64,000 bases of DNA, from contig OZ024740.1 of the NCBI GenBank assembly GCA_964016885.1, positions 206,336,001 to 206,400,000 of the forward strand, read 5' to 3'. The DNA comes from Eledone cirrhosa. Taxonomy: Eukaryota. Made by a program: the position numbers and the translations under genes. Below, piece by piece: positions 49,601 to 64,000 of this stretch. Positions within the stretch are counted from its first letter, which is position 1; the number at the start of each line of letters is the position of its first letter. The notes below the pieces were generated by a model. It searched no databases. It was not told where the DNA came from and saw only the letters and a list, made by a program, of their open reading frames with translations.

Positions 49601-52600
49601 GGTGATGGTAGTGGTATAATAACTAATTGTGATGGTGGGAAAGGTGATGGTAGTAGTATAATAATTAATTGTGATAGTGGGAAGGGTGATGGTAGTGGTA
49701 TAATAACTAATTGTGATAGTGGGAAGGGTGATGGTAGTGGTATAATAACTAATTGTGATAGTGGGAAAGGTGGTGGTAGTAGTATAATAATGGTGATAGT
49801 GGGAAAGGTGATGGCAGTAGTATAATAACTAATTGTGATAGTGGGAAAGGTGATGGGAGTAGTATAATAATTAATTGTGATAGTGGGAAGGGTGATGGTA
49901 GTGGTATAATAACTAATTGTGATGGTGGGAAAGGTGATTGTAGTAGTATAATAATTGTGATAGTGGGAAAGGTGATGGCAGTAGTATAATAACTAATTGT
50001 GATAGTGGGAAAGGTGATGGGAGTAGTATAATAACTAATTGTGATAGTGCCAAAGGTGATGGAAGTAGTAGGTGATGGTAGTAGTATAATAATTGTGATA
50101 GTGGGAAAGGTGATGGTAGTAGTATAATAACTAATTGTGATAGTGGGAAAGGTGATGGTAGTAGTATAATAACTAATTGTGATAGTGGGAAAGGTGATGG
50201 TAGTAGTATAATAACTAATTGTGATAGTGGGAAAGGTGATGGGAGTAGTATAATAATTAATTGTGATAGTGGGAAGGGTGATGGTAGTGGTATAATAACT
50301 AATTGTGATAGTGGGAAAGGTGGTGGTAGTAGTATAATAATGGTGATAGTGGGAAAGGTGATGGCAGTAGTATAATAACTAATTGTGATAGTGGGAAAGG
50401 TGATGGGAGTAGTATAATAATTAATTGTGATAGTGGGAAGGGTGATGGTAGTGGTATAATAACTAATTGTGATGGTGGGAAAGGTGATGGTAGTAGTATA
50501 ATAATTGTGATAGTGGGAAAGGTGATGGTACTAGTATAATAACTAATTGTCATAGTGAGAAAGGTGATGGTAGTAGTACAATAACAAATTGTGATAGTGG
50601 GAAAGATGATGGGAGTAGTATAATAACTAATTGTGATAGTGGGAAAGGTGATGGTAGTAGTACAATAACTAATTGTGATAGTGGGAAAGATGATGGGAGT
50701 AGTATAATAACTAATTGTGATAGTGGGAAAGATGATGGGAGTAGTATAATAACTAATTGTGATAGTGGGAAAGGTGATGGGAGTTGTATAATAACTAATT
50801 GTGATAGTGGGAAAGGTGATGGTAGTAGTATAATAACTAATTGAGATAGTGGGAAAGGTGATGGTAGTAGTACAATAATTGTGATAGTGGGAAAGGTGCT
50901 GGGAGTAGTATAATAATTGTAATAGTAGGAAAGGTGATAGGAGTAGTATAACTAATTATGATAGTGGGAAAGGTGATTGTAGTAGAATAATAACTAATTG
51001 TGATAGTGGGAAAGGTGATGGGAGTAGTATCATAATTAATTGTGATAGTGGGAAAGGTGATTGTAGTAGTATAATAATTGTGATAGTGGGAAACATGATG
51101 GTAGTAGTATAATAACTAATTGTGAAAGTGGGAAAGGTGATGGTACTAGTATAATAACTAATTGTGATAGTGGGAAAGGTGATGGGAGTAGTATAATAAT
51201 TGTGATAGTCGGAAAGGTGTTAGCAGTATTATAATAACTAATTGTGATAGTGGGAAAGGTGATGGGAGTAGTATAATAATTAATTGTGATAGTGGGAAAG
51301 GTGATGGTAGTGGTATAATAACTAATTGTGATAGTGGGAAAGGTGGTGGTAGTAGTATAATAATTGTGATAGTGGGAAAGGTGATGGTAGTAGTATAATA
51401 ACTAACTGTGATAGTGGGAAAGGTGATTGTAGTAGTATAATAACTAATTGTGATAGTGGGAAAAGTGATGGTAGTAGTATAATAACTAATTGTGATAGTG
51501 GGAAAGGTGATGGTAGTAGTATAATAACTAATTGTGATAGTGGGAAAGATGATGGGAGTAGTATAATAACTAATTGTGATAGTGCCAAAGGTGATGGAAG
51601 TAGTAGGTGATGGTAGTAGTATAATAATTGTGATAGTGGGAAAGGTGATGGTAGTAGTATAGTAACTAATTGTGATAGTGGGAAAGGTGATGGTAGTAGT
51701 ATAATAACTAATTGTAATAGTGGGAAAGGTGATGGTAGTAGTATAATAATTAATTGTGATAGTGGGAAAGAAGATGGGAATAGTATAATAACTAATTGTG
51801 ATAGTGGGAAAGAAGATGGGAATAGTATAATAACTAATTGTGATAGTGGGAAGGTCATGGTAGTAGTATAATAACTAATTGTGATAGTGGGAAAGGTGAT
51901 GGGAGTAGTATAATAATTGTGATGGTGGGAAAGGTGATGGCAGTAGTATAATAACTAATTGTGATAGTGGGAAAGGTGATGGGAGTAGTATAATAATTAA
52001 TTGTGATAGTGGGAAGGGTGATGGTAGTGGTATAATAACTAATTGTGATAGTGGGAAAGGTGGTGGTAGTAGTATAATAACTAATTGTGAAAGTGGGAAA
52101 GGTGATGGTACTAGTATAATAACTAATTCTGATAGTGGGAAAGGTGTTGGTAATAGTATAATAACTAATTGTGATAGTGGGAAAGGTGATGATAGTAATA
52201 TAATAACTAATTGTGATAGTGGGAAAGGTGATGGTAGTAGTATAATAATTGTGATAGTAGGAAAGGTGATGGGAGTAGTATAATAACTAATTCTGATAGT
52301 GGGAAAGGTGATTGTAGTAGTATAATAATTGTGATATTGGGAAATATGATGGTAGTAGTATAATAACTAATTGTGATAATGGGAAAGGTGATGGTAGTAG
52401 TATAATAACTAATTGTGATAGTGGGAAAGGTGATGGGAGTAGTATAATAACTAATTGTGAGAGTGGGAAAGGTGATGGTAGTAGTATAATAACTAATTGT
52501 GATAGTGAGAAAGGTGATGGTAGTAGTATAATAACTAATTGTGATAGTGAGAAAGGTGATGGTAGTAGTACAATAACTAATTGTGATAGTGGGAAAGATG

Positions 52601-55600
52601 ATGGGAGTAGTATAATAACTAATTGTGATAGTGGGAAAGGTGATGGTAGTAGTACAATAACTAATTGTGATAGTGGGAAAGATGATGGGAGTAGTATAAT
52701 AACTAATTGTGATAGTGGGAAAGATGATGGGAGTAGTATAATAACTAATTGTGATAGTGCGAAAGGTAATGGAAGTAGTAGGTGATGGTAGTAGTATAAT
52801 AATTGTGATAGTGGGAAAGGTGATGGTAGTAGTATAATAACTAATTGTGATAGTGGGAAAGGTGATGGGAGTAGTATAATAACTAATTGTGATAGTGGGA
52901 AAGGTGATGGTAGTAGTATAATAACTAATTGTGATAGTAGGAAAGGTGATAACAGTAGTATAACTAATTCTGATAGTGGGAAAGGTGATTGTAGCAGTAT
53001 AATAACTAATTGTGATAGTGGGAAAGGTGATGGGAGTAGTATAATAACTAATTGTGATAGTGGGAAAGGTGATGGTACTAGTATAATAATTGTGATAGTG
53101 GGAAAGGTGATGGTAGTAGTATAATAAATAATTGTGATAGTGGGAAAGGTGATGGTAGTAGTATAATAACTCTATTGTGATAGTGGGAAAGGTGATGGTA
53201 GTAGTATAATAACTAATTGTGATAGTGGGAAACGTGATGGGAGTAGTATAATAACTAATTGTCATAGTGGGAAAGGTGATGGGAGTAGTATAATAACTAA
53301 TTGTCATAGTGGGAAAGGTGATGGGAGTAGTATAATAACTAATTGTGATAGTGGGAAAGGTGATGGTAGTAATATAATAACTAATTGTGATAGTAGGAAA
53401 GGTGATGGTAGTAGTATAATAACGAATTGTGATAGTGGGAAAGGTGATGGTAGTAGTATAATAACTAATTGTGATAGTGGAAAAGGTGATGGTAGTAGTA
53501 TAATGACTAATTGTGATAGTGGGAAAGGTGATGGGAGTAGTATAATAACTAATTGGGATAGTGGAAAAGGTGGTGGTAGTAGTATAATAATTGTGATAGT
53601 GGGAAAGATGATGGTAGTAGTATAATAACTAATTGTGAAAGTGGGAAAGGTGATGGTACTAGTATAATAACTAATTCTGATTGTGGGAAAGGTGTTGGTA
53701 GTAGTATAATAACTAATTGTGATATTGGGAAAGGTGATGGTAGTAGTATAATAACTAATTGTGATAGTGGGAAAGGTGATGGGAGTAGTATAATAACTAA
53801 TTGTGATAGTGGGAAAGGTGATGGTAGTAGTATAATAATTGTGATAGTAGGAAAGGTGATGGTAGTAGTATAATAACGAATTGTGATAGTGGGAAAGGTG
53901 ATGGTAGTAGTATAATAACTAATTGTGATAGTGGGAAAGGTGATGGGAGTAGTATAATAACTAATTGTGATAGTGGGAAAGGTGATGGTACTAGTATAAT
54001 AATTGTGATAGTGGGAAAGGTGATGGTAGTAGTATAATAAATAATTGTGATAGTGGGAAAGGTGATGGTAGTAGTATAATAATTGTGATAGTGGGAAAGG
54101 TGATGGTAGTAGTATAATAACTCTATTGTGATAGTGGGAAAGGTGATGGTAGTAGTATAATAATTGTGATAGTAGGAAAGGTGATGGTAGTAGTATAATA
54201 ACGAATTGTGATAGTGGGAAAGGTGATGGTAGTAGTATAATAACTAATTGTGATAGTGGGAAAGGTGATGGGAGTAGTATAATAACTAATTGTGATAGTG
54301 GGAAAGGTGATGGTAGTAGTACAATAACTAATTGTGATAGTGAGAAAGGTCATGGTAGTAGTATAATAATTGTGATAGTGGGAAAGGTGATGGTAGTAGT
54401 ATAATAACTCTATTGTGATAGTGGGAAAGGTGATGGTAGTAGTATAATAACTCTATTGTGATAGTAGGAAAAGTGATGGTAGTAGTATAATAACGAATTG
54501 TAATAGTGGGAAAGGTGATGGTAGTAGTATAATAACTAATTGTGATAGTGGGAAAGGTGATTGTAGTAGTATAATAAGTAATTGTGATAGTGGGAAAGGT
54601 AATGTTAGTGGTATAATAACTAATTGTGGTAGTGGATAAGGTGATGGTAGTAGTATAATAATTAATTGTGATAGTGGGTAAAGGTGATGGGAGTAGTATA
54701 ATAACTAATTGTGATAGTGGAAAAGGTGATGGTAGTAGTATAATAATTGTGATAGTGGGAAAGATGAGGGTAGTAGTATAATAACTAATTGTGAAAGTGG
54801 GAAAGGTGATGGTACTAGTATAATAACTAATTCTGATAGTGGGAAAGGTGTTGGTAGTAGTATAATAACTAATTGTGATAGTGGGAAAGGTGATGGTAGT
54901 AGTATAATAATTGTGATAGTAGGAAAGGTGATGGGAGTAGTATAATAACTAATTCTGATAGTGGGAAAGGTGATTGTAGTAGTATAATAATTGTGATAGT
55001 GGGAAATATGATGGTAGTAGTATAATAACTAATTGTGATAATGGGAAAGGTGATGGTAGTAGTATAATAACTAATTGTGATAGTGGGAAAGATGGTGGTA
55101 GTAGTATAATAACTAATTGTGATAGTGGGAAAGGTGATGGGAGAAGTATAATAATTGTGATAGTGGGAAAGATGATGGTAGTAGTGTAATAACTAATTGT
55201 GATAGTGGGAAAGGTGATGGTAGTAGTATAATAACTAATTGTGATAGTGGGAAAGGTGATGGTAGTAGTATAATAACTAATTGTGATATTGGGAAAGATG
55301 ATGGGAGTAGTATAATAACTAATTGTGATAGTGGGAAAGGTGATGAGAGTAGTATAATAACTAATTGTGATAGTGGGAAAGGTGATGGTAGTAGTATAAT
55401 AACTAATTGAGATAGTGGGAAAGGTGATGGTAGTAGTATAATAATTGTGATAGTGGGAAAGGTGCTGGGAGTAGTATAATAATTGTGATAGTAGGATAGG
55501 TGATAGGAGTAGTATAATAACTAATTGTGATAGTGGGAAAGGTGATGGTAGTAGTATAATAATTGTGATAGTTGGAAAGATGATGGTAGTAGTATAATAA

Positions 55601-58600
55601 CTAATTGTGAAAGTGGGAAAGGTGATGGTACTAGTATAATAACTAATGGTGATAGTGAGAAAGGTGATGGTAGTAGTATAATAACTAATTGTGATAGTGG
55701 GAAAGATGATGGGAGTAGTCTAATAACTAATTGTGATAGTGGGAAAGGTGATGAGAGTAGTATAATAACTAATTGTGATAGTGGGAAAGGTGATGGTAGT
55801 AGTATAATAACTAATTGAGATAGTGGGAAAGGAGATGGTAGTAGTATAACTAATTCTGATAGTGGGAAAAGTGATTGTAGTAGTATAATAACTAATTGTG
55901 ATAGTGGGAAAGGTGATGGGAGTACTATAATAACTAATTGTGATAGTGGGAAAGGTGATGGTAGTAGTATAATAATTGTGATAGTAGGATAGGTGATAGG
56001 AGTAGTATAATAACTAATTGTGATAGTGGGAAAGGTGATGGTAGTAGTATAATAATTGTGATAGTTGGAAAGATGATGGTAGTAGTACAATAACTAATTG
56101 TGAAAGTGGGAAAGGTGATGGTACTAGTATAATAACTAATTCTGATAGTGGGAAAGGTGATGGTAGTAGTATAATAACTAATTGTGATAGTGGGAAACGT
56201 GATGGTAGTAGTATAATAAGTAATTGTGATAGTGGGAAACGTGATGGGAGTAGTATAATAACTAATTGTGATAGTGGGAAAGGTGATGGTACTAGTATAA
56301 TAACTAACTGTGAGAGTGGGAAAGGTGATGGGAGTAGTATAATAACTAATTGTGATAGTGGGAAAGGTGATGGTAGTAGTATAATAACTAATTGTGATAG
56401 TGGGAAAGATGATGGTAGTAGTATAATAACTAATTGTGATAATTGGAAAGGTGATGGTAGTAGTATAATAACTAATTGTGATAGTGGGAAAGGTGGAGGT
56501 AGTAGTATAATAACTAATTGAGATAGTGGGAAAGGTGATGGGAGTAGTATAATAATTGTGATAGTGGGAAAGATGATGGTAGTAGTATAATAACTAATTG
56601 TGATAGTGGGAAACGTGATGGTAGTAGTATAATAAGTAATTGTGATAGTGGGAAACGTGATGGGAGTAGTATAATAACTAATTCTGATAGTGGGAAAGGT
56701 GATGGTAGTAGTATAATAACTAATTGTGATAGTGGGAAAGGTGATGGGAGTAGTATAATAACTAACTGTGAGAGTGGGAAAGGTGATGGTAGTAGTATAA
56801 TAACTAATTGTGATAGTGGGAAAGGTGATGGTAGTAGTATAATAATTGTGATAGTGGGAAAGGTGATGGTAGTAGTATAATAACTAATTGTGATAGTGAG
56901 AAAGGTGATGGCAGTAGTACAATAACTAATTGTGATAGTGGGAAAGATGATGGGAGTAGTATAATAACTAATTGTGATAGTGGAAAGGTGATGGTAGTAG
57001 TACAATAACTAATTGTAATAGTGGGAAAGATGATGGGAGTAGTATAATAACTAATTGTGATAGTGGGAAAGGTGATGGTAGTAGTATAATAATTGTGATA
57101 GTGGGAAAGGTGATGGTAGTAGTATAATAACTAATTGTGATAGTGAGAAAGGTGATGGTAGTAGTATAATAACTAATTGTGATAGTGGGAAAGGTGATGG
57201 TAGTAGTATAATAACTAATTGTGATAGTGGGAAAGGTGATGGTAGTAGTATAATAACTAATTGTGATAGTGGGAAAGGTGATGGTAGTAGTATAATAACT
57301 AATTGTGATAGTGAGAAAGGTGATGGGAGTAGTATAATAACTAATTGTGATAGTGGGAAAGGTGATGGGAGTAGTATAATAACTAATTGTGATAGTGAGA
57401 AAGGTGGTGGTACTAGTATAATAACTAATTGTGATAGTGGGAAAGGTGATGGTACTAGTATAATAACTAACTGTGAGAGTGGGAAAGGTGATGGGAGTAG
57501 TATAATAACTAATTGTGATAGTGGGAAAGGTGATGGTAGTAGTATAATAACTAATTGTGATAGTGGGAAAGATGATGGTAATAGTATAATAACTAATTGT
57601 GATAATGGGAAAGGTGATGGTAGTAGTATAATAACTAATTGTGATAGTGGGAAAGGTGGAGGTAGTAGTATAATAACTAATTGAGATAGTGGGAAAGGTG
57701 ATGGGAGTAGTATAATAATTGTGATAGTGGGAAAGATGATGGTAGTAGTATAATAACTAATTGTGATAGTGGGAAAGGTGATGGTAGTAGTATAATAACT
57801 AATTGAGATAGTGGGAAAGGTGATGGTAGTAGTATAATAATTGTGATAGTGGAAAAGGTGCTGGGAGTAGTATAATAACTAATTGTGATAGTGGGAAAGG
57901 TGATGGGAGTAGTATAACTAATTCTGATAGTGGCAAAGGTGATTGTAGTAGTATAATAACTAATTGTGATAGTGGGAAAGGTGATGGTAGTAGTATAATA
58001 ACTAATTGTGATAGTGGGAAAGGTGATGGGAGTAGTATAATAACTAATTCTGATAGTGGGAAAGGTGATGGGAGTAGTATAATAACTAATTGTGATAGTG
58101 GGAAAGGTGATGGGAGTAGTATAATAATTGTGATAGTGGGAAAGGTGATGGTAGTAGTATAATCACTAATGGTGATAGTGGGAAAGGTGATGGGAGTAGT
58201 ATAATAATTAATTGTGATAGCGGGAAAGGTGATGGTAGTGGTATAATATCTAATTGTGATAGTGGGAAAGGTGGTGGTAGTAGTATAATAATTGTGATAG
58301 TGGGAAATGTGGTGGTAGTAGTATAATAACTAATTGTGATAGTGGGAAAGGTGATGGTAGTAGTATAATAACTAATTGTGATAGTGGGAAAGGTCATTGT
58401 AGTAGTATAATAAATAATTGTGATAGTGGGAAAGGTAATGGGAGTAGTATAATAACTAATTGTGATAGTGGGAAAGGTGCTGGGAGTAGTATAATAACTA
58501 ATTGTGATAGTGGGAAAGGTGATGGTAGTAGTATAATAATTGTGATAGTGGGAAAGGTGATGGTAGTAGTATAATAACTAATTGTGATAGTGAGAAAGGT

Positions 58601-61600
58601 GATGGCAGTAGTACAATAACTAATTGTGATAGCGGGAAAGATGATGGGAGTAGTATAATAACTGATTGTGATAGTGGAAAGGTGATGGTAGTAGTACAAT
58701 AACTAATTGTGATAGTGGGAAAGATGATGGGAGTAGTATAATAACTAATTGTGATAGTGCAAAGGTGATGGTAGTAGTACAATAACTAATTGTGATAGTG
58801 GGAAAGATGATGGGAGTAGTATAATAACTAATTGTGATAGTGGAAAAGGTGATGGTAGTAGTATAATAACTAATTGTGATAGTGGAAAGGTGATGGCAGT
58901 AGTACAATAACTAATTGTGATAGTGGGAAAGATGATGGGAGTAGTATAATAACTAATTGTGATAGTGGAAAGGTGATGGTAGTAGTACAATAACTAATTG
59001 TGATAGTGGGAAAGATGATGGGAGTAGTATAATAACTAATTGTGATAGTGGAAAAGGTGATGGTAGTAGTATAATAACTAATTGTGATAGTGGAAAGGTG
59101 ATGGTAGTAGTACAATAACTAATTGTTATAGTGGGAAAGGTGATGGGAGTAGTATAATAATTGTGATAGTGGGAAAGGTGATGGTAGTAGTATAATAATT
59201 GTGATAGTGGGAAAGGTGATGGGAGTAGTATAATAACTAATTGTGATAGTGGGAAAGGTGATGGTAGTAGTATAATAACTAATTGTGATAGTGGGAAAGG
59301 TGATGGGAGTAGTATAATAACTAATTGTGATAGGGGGAAAGGTGATGGTAGTAGTATAATAACTAACTGTGAGAGTGGGAAAGGTGATGGTAGTAGTATA
59401 ATAACTAATTGTGATAGTGGGAAAGGTGATGGTAGTAGTATAATAACTAATTGTGATAATGGGAAAGGTGATGGTAGTAGTACAATAACTAATTGTGATA
59501 GTGGGAAAGGTGATGGTAGTAGTATAATAATTGTGATAGTGGGAAAGGTGATGGTAGTAGTATAATAACTAATTGTGATAGTGAGAAAGGTGATGGCAGT
59601 AGTACAATAACTAATTGTGATAGTGGGAAAGATGATGGGAGTAGTATAATAACTAATTGTGATAGTGGGAAAGATGATGGGAGTAGTATAATAACTAATT
59701 GTGATAGTGCAAAAGGTGATGGAAGTAGTAGGTGATGGTAGTAGTATAATAATTGTGATAGTGGGAAAGGTGGTGGTAGTAGTATAATAATTGTGATAGT
59801 GGAAAAGGTGATGATAGTAGTATAATAATTGTGATAGTGGAAAAGGTGATGGTAGTAGTATAATAATTGTGATAGTGGGAAAGGTGCTGGGAGTAGTATA
59901 ATAATTGTGATAGTAGGAAAGGTGATAGGAGTAGTATAACTAATTCTGATAGTGAGAAAGGTGATTGTAGTAGTATAATAACTAATTGTGATAGTGGGAA
60001 AGGTGATGGTAGTAGTATAATAACTAATTGTGATAGTGGGAAAGGTGATGGGAGTAGTATAATAACTAATTCTGATAGTGGGAAAGGTGATGGGACTAGT
60101 ATAATAATTGTGATAGTGGGAAAGTTGATGGCAGTAGTATAATCACTAATTGTGATAGTGGGAAAGGTGATGGGAGTAGTATAATAATTAATTGTGATAG
60201 CGGGAAAGGTGATGGTAGTGGTATAATAACTAATTGTGATAGTGGGAAAGGTGGTGGTAGTAGTATAATAATTGTGATAGTGGGAAAGGTGGTGGTAGTA
60301 GTATAATAACTAATTGTGATAGTGGGAAAGGTGATGGTAGTAGTATAATAACTAATTGTGATAGTGGGAAAGGTAATGGTAGTAGTATAATAATTGTGAT
60401 AGTAGGAAAGGTGATGGGAGTAGTATAATAACTAATTCTGATAGTGGGAAATGTGATGGTAGTAGTATAATAATTGTGATAGTGGGAAACATGATGGTAG
60501 TAGTATAATAACTAATTGAGATAGTGGGAAAGGTGATGGTAGTAGTATAATAACTAATTGTGATAGTGGGAAAGATGATGGTAGTAGTATAATAACTAAT
60601 TGTGATGGTGGGAAACGTTATGGGAGTAGTATAATAATTGTGATAGTGGGAAAGATGATGGTGGTAGTGTAATAACTAATTGTGATAGTGGGAAAAGTGA
60701 TGGTAGTAATATAATAACTAATTGTGATAGTGGGAAAGGTGATGGTAGTAGTATAATAATTGTGATAGTAGGAAAGGTGATGGTAGTAGTATAATAACGA
60801 ATTGTGATAGTGGGAAAGGTGATTGTAGTAGTATAATAAGTAATTGTGATAGTGGGAAAGGTAATGGTAGAGTTATAATAACTAATTGTGATAGTGGAAA
60901 AGGTGATGGTAGTAGTATAATAATTGTGATAGTGGAAAAGGTGATGGTAGTACTATAATAACTAATTGTGATAGTGGGAAAGGTAATGGTAGAGTTATAA
61001 TAACTAATTGTGATAGTGGAAAAGGTGATGGTAGTAGTATAATAATTGTGATAGTGGAAAAGGTGATGGTAGTAGTATAATAACTAATTGTGATAGTGGG
61101 AAAGGTGATGGTAGTAGTATAATAACTAATTGTGATAGTGGGAAAGGTGATGGTAGTAGTATAATAACTAATTGTGATAGTGGGAAAGGTGATGGGAGTA
61201 GTATAATAACTAATTGTGAAAGGTGGTGGTAGTAGTATAATAATTGTGATAGTGGAAAAGGTGATGGTAGTAGTATAATATATTGTGATAGTGGAAAAGG
61301 TGATGGTAGTAGTATAATAATTGTGATAGTGGGAAAGGTGGTGGTAGTAGTATAACTAATTGTGATAGTGCAAAAGGTGATGGAAGTAGTAGGTGATGGT
61401 AGTAGTATAATATATGTGATAGTGGGAAAGATGATGGGAGTAGTATAATAACTAATTGTGATAGTGGGAAAGATGATGGGAGTAGTATAATAACTAATTG
61501 TGATAGTGCAAAAGGTGATGGAAGTAGTAGGTGATGGTAGTAGTATAATAATTGTGATAGTGGGAAAGGTGATGGTAGTAGTATAATAACTAATTGTGAT

Positions 61601-64000
61601 AGTGGGAAAGGTGATGGTAGTAGTATAATAATTGTGATAGTGGGAAAGGTGATGGTAGTAGTATAATAACTAATTGTGATAGTGAGAAAGGTGATGGCAG
61701 TAGTACAATAACTAATTGTGATAGTGGGAAAGATGATGGGAGTAGTATAATAACTAATTGTGATAGTGGGAAAGATGATGGGAGTAGTATAATAACTAAT
61801 TGTGATAGTGCAAAAGGTGATGGAAGTAGTAGGTGATGGTAGTAGTATAATAATTGTGATAGTGGGAAAGGTGGTGGTAGTAGTATAATAATTGTGATAG
61901 TGGAAAAGGTGATGGTAGAAGTATAATAATTGTGATAGTGGAAAAGGTGATGGTAGTAATATAATAATTGTGATAGTGGGAAAGGTGCTGGGAGTAGTAT
62001 AATAATTGTGATAGTAGGAAAGGTGATAGGAGTAGTATAACTAATTCTGATAGTGGGAAAGGTGATTGTAGTAGTATAATAACTAATTGTGATAGTGGGA
62101 AAGGTGATGGTAGTAGTATAATAACTAATTGTGAAAGTGGGAAAGGTGATGGTAGTAGTATAATAACTAATTCTGATAGTGGGAAAGGTGATGGGAGTAG
62201 TATAATAACTAATTGTGATAGTGGGAAAGGTGATGGGAGTAGTATAATAATTGTGATAGTGGGAAAGGTGATGGCAGTAGTATAATCACTAATTGTGATA
62301 GTGGGAAAGGTGATGGGAGTAGTATAATAATTAATTGTGATAGCGGGAAAGGTGATGGTAGTGGTATAATAACTAATTGTGATAGTGGGAAAGGTGGTGG
62401 TAGTAGTATAATAATTGTGATAGTGGGAAAGGTGGTGGTAGTAGTACAATAACTAATTGTGATAGTGGGAAAGGTGATGGTAGTAGTATAATAACTAATT
62501 GTGATAGTGGGAAAGGTGATGGTAGTAGTATAATAATTGTGATAGTAGGAAATGTGATGGGAGTAGTATAATAACTAATTCTGATAGTGGGAAATGTGAT
62601 TGTAGTAGTATAATAATTGTGATAGTGGGAAACATGATGGTAGTAGTATAATAACTAATTGAGATAGTGGGAAAGGTGATGGTAGTAGTATAATAACTAA
62701 TTGTGATAGTGGGAAAGATGATGGTAGTAGTATAATAACTAATTGTGATGGTGGGAAACGTTATGGGAGTAGTATAATAATTGTGATAGTGGGAAAGACG
62801 ATGGTGGTAGTGTAATAACTAATTGTGATAGTGGGAAAGGTGATTGTAGTAGTATAATAATTGTGATAGTAGGAAAGGTGATGGTAGTAGTATAATAACG
62901 AATTGTGATAGTGGGAAAGGTGATTGTAGTAGTATAATAAGTAATTGTGATAGTGGGAAAGGTGATGGTAGTGGTATAATAACTAATTGTGATAGTGGGA
63001 AAGGTGGTGGTAGTAGTATAATAATTGTGATAGTGGGAAAGGTGGTGGTAGTAGTACAATAACTAATTGTGATAGTGGGAAAGGTGATGGTAGTAGTATA
63101 ATAACTAATTGTGATAGTGGGAAAGGTGGTGGTAGTAGTATAATAATTGTGATAGTGGGAAAGGTGGTGGTAGTAGTACAATAACTAATTGTGATAGTGG
63201 GAAAGGTGATGGTAGTAGTATAATAACTAATTGTGATAGTGGGAAAGGTGATGGTAGTAGTATAATAATTGTGATAGTGGGAAAGGTGGTGGTAGTAGTA
63301 CAATAACTAATTGTGATAGTGGGAAAGGTGATGGTAGTAGTATAATAACTAATTCTGATAGTGGGAAAGGTGATGGTAGTAGTATAATAACTAATTGTGA
63401 TAGTGGGAAACGTGATGGTAGTAGTATAATAAGTAATTGTGATAGTGGGAAACGTGATGGGAGTAGTATAATAACTAATTGTGATAGTGGGAAAGGTGAT
63501 GGTACTAGTATAATAACTAACTGTGAGAGTGGGAAAGGTGATGGGAGTAGTATAATAACTAATTGTGATAGTGGGAAAGGTGATGGTAGTAGTATAATAA
63601 CTAATTGTGATAGTGGGAAAGATGATGGTAGTAGTATAATAACTAATTGTGATAATTGGAAAGGTGATGGTAGTAGTATAATAACTAATTGTGATAGTGG
63701 GAAAGGTGGAGGTAGTAGTATAATAACTAATTGAGATAGTGGGAAAGGTGATGGGAGTAGTATAATAATTGTGATAGTGGGAAAGATGATGGTAGTAGTA
63801 TAATAACTAATTGTGATAGTGGGAAACGTGATGGTAGTAGTATAATAAGTAATTGTGATAGTGGGAAACGTGATGGGGGTAGTATAATAACTAATTCTGA
63901 TAGTGGGAAAGGTGATGGTAGTAGTATAATAACTAATTGTGATAGTGGGAAAGGTGATGGGAGTAGTATAATAACTAACTGTGAGAGTGGGAAAGGTGAT

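Larger units (their letters stand above)
7366..64000. repeat. 42-bp satellite array, consensus AATTGTGATAGTGGGAAAGGTGATGGTAGTAGTATAATAACT, roughly 1250-1300 monomers, running off the window end
   Basis: Uninterrupted head-to-tail monomers in one orientation apart from SINE and LINE insertions; 38-, 39-, 41- and 54-bp variants; higher-order periodicity. Copy number is estimated from length. Confidence 0.99.

Noticed and set aside
7257-63303. Dozens of ORFs with repeats TITFPTITISYYTT, PSPFPLSQLVIILL or DSGKGDGSSIITNC, resembling a repetitive or mucin-like protein
   Set aside because: They follow from a 42-bp (14-codon) unit lacking stops in some frames. Frequent 38- and 41-bp monomers and TE insertions shift frame freely, so there is no sign of frame conservation.
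7366-64000. CRISPR-like array
   Set aside because: Monomers are directly adjacent with no unique spacers, there are no cas genes, and the context is eukaryotic. The inserts are identical SINE copies and LINEs.
7366-64000. Telomeric repeat array or recursive splice sites in the satellite
   Set aside because: There are no TTAGGG tracts. The minus-strand monomer has a weak pyrimidine tract plus TTAG but no AG|GT motif.

Overview
This is repeat-dominated animal genomic DNA, not prokaryotic. The SINE and RTE-tail families resemble those I recall from octopus/cephalopod genomes (recollection, not a search). Layout: (i) 1-2410, a 26-bp C-rich minisatellite; (ii) 2410-7365, degraded LINE (RTE, CR1), SINE and MITE fragments plus one well-formed candidate internal coding exon of an unidentified host gene on the minus strand (3955-4142); (iii) 7366-64000, a >56-kb array of a 42-bp satellite with 38/39/54-bp length variants, organised in nested higher-order repeats. 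The array carries six co-amplified copies of one tRNA-derived SINE insertion and two independent, young, 5'-truncated RTE-clade LINE insertions. Both LINEs lie at the same base of the monomer in the same orientation. The longer one encodes a reverse transcriptase with a PHD-like C4HC3 finger inserted inside it. Nearly all other ORFs in the track are translations of the satellite.
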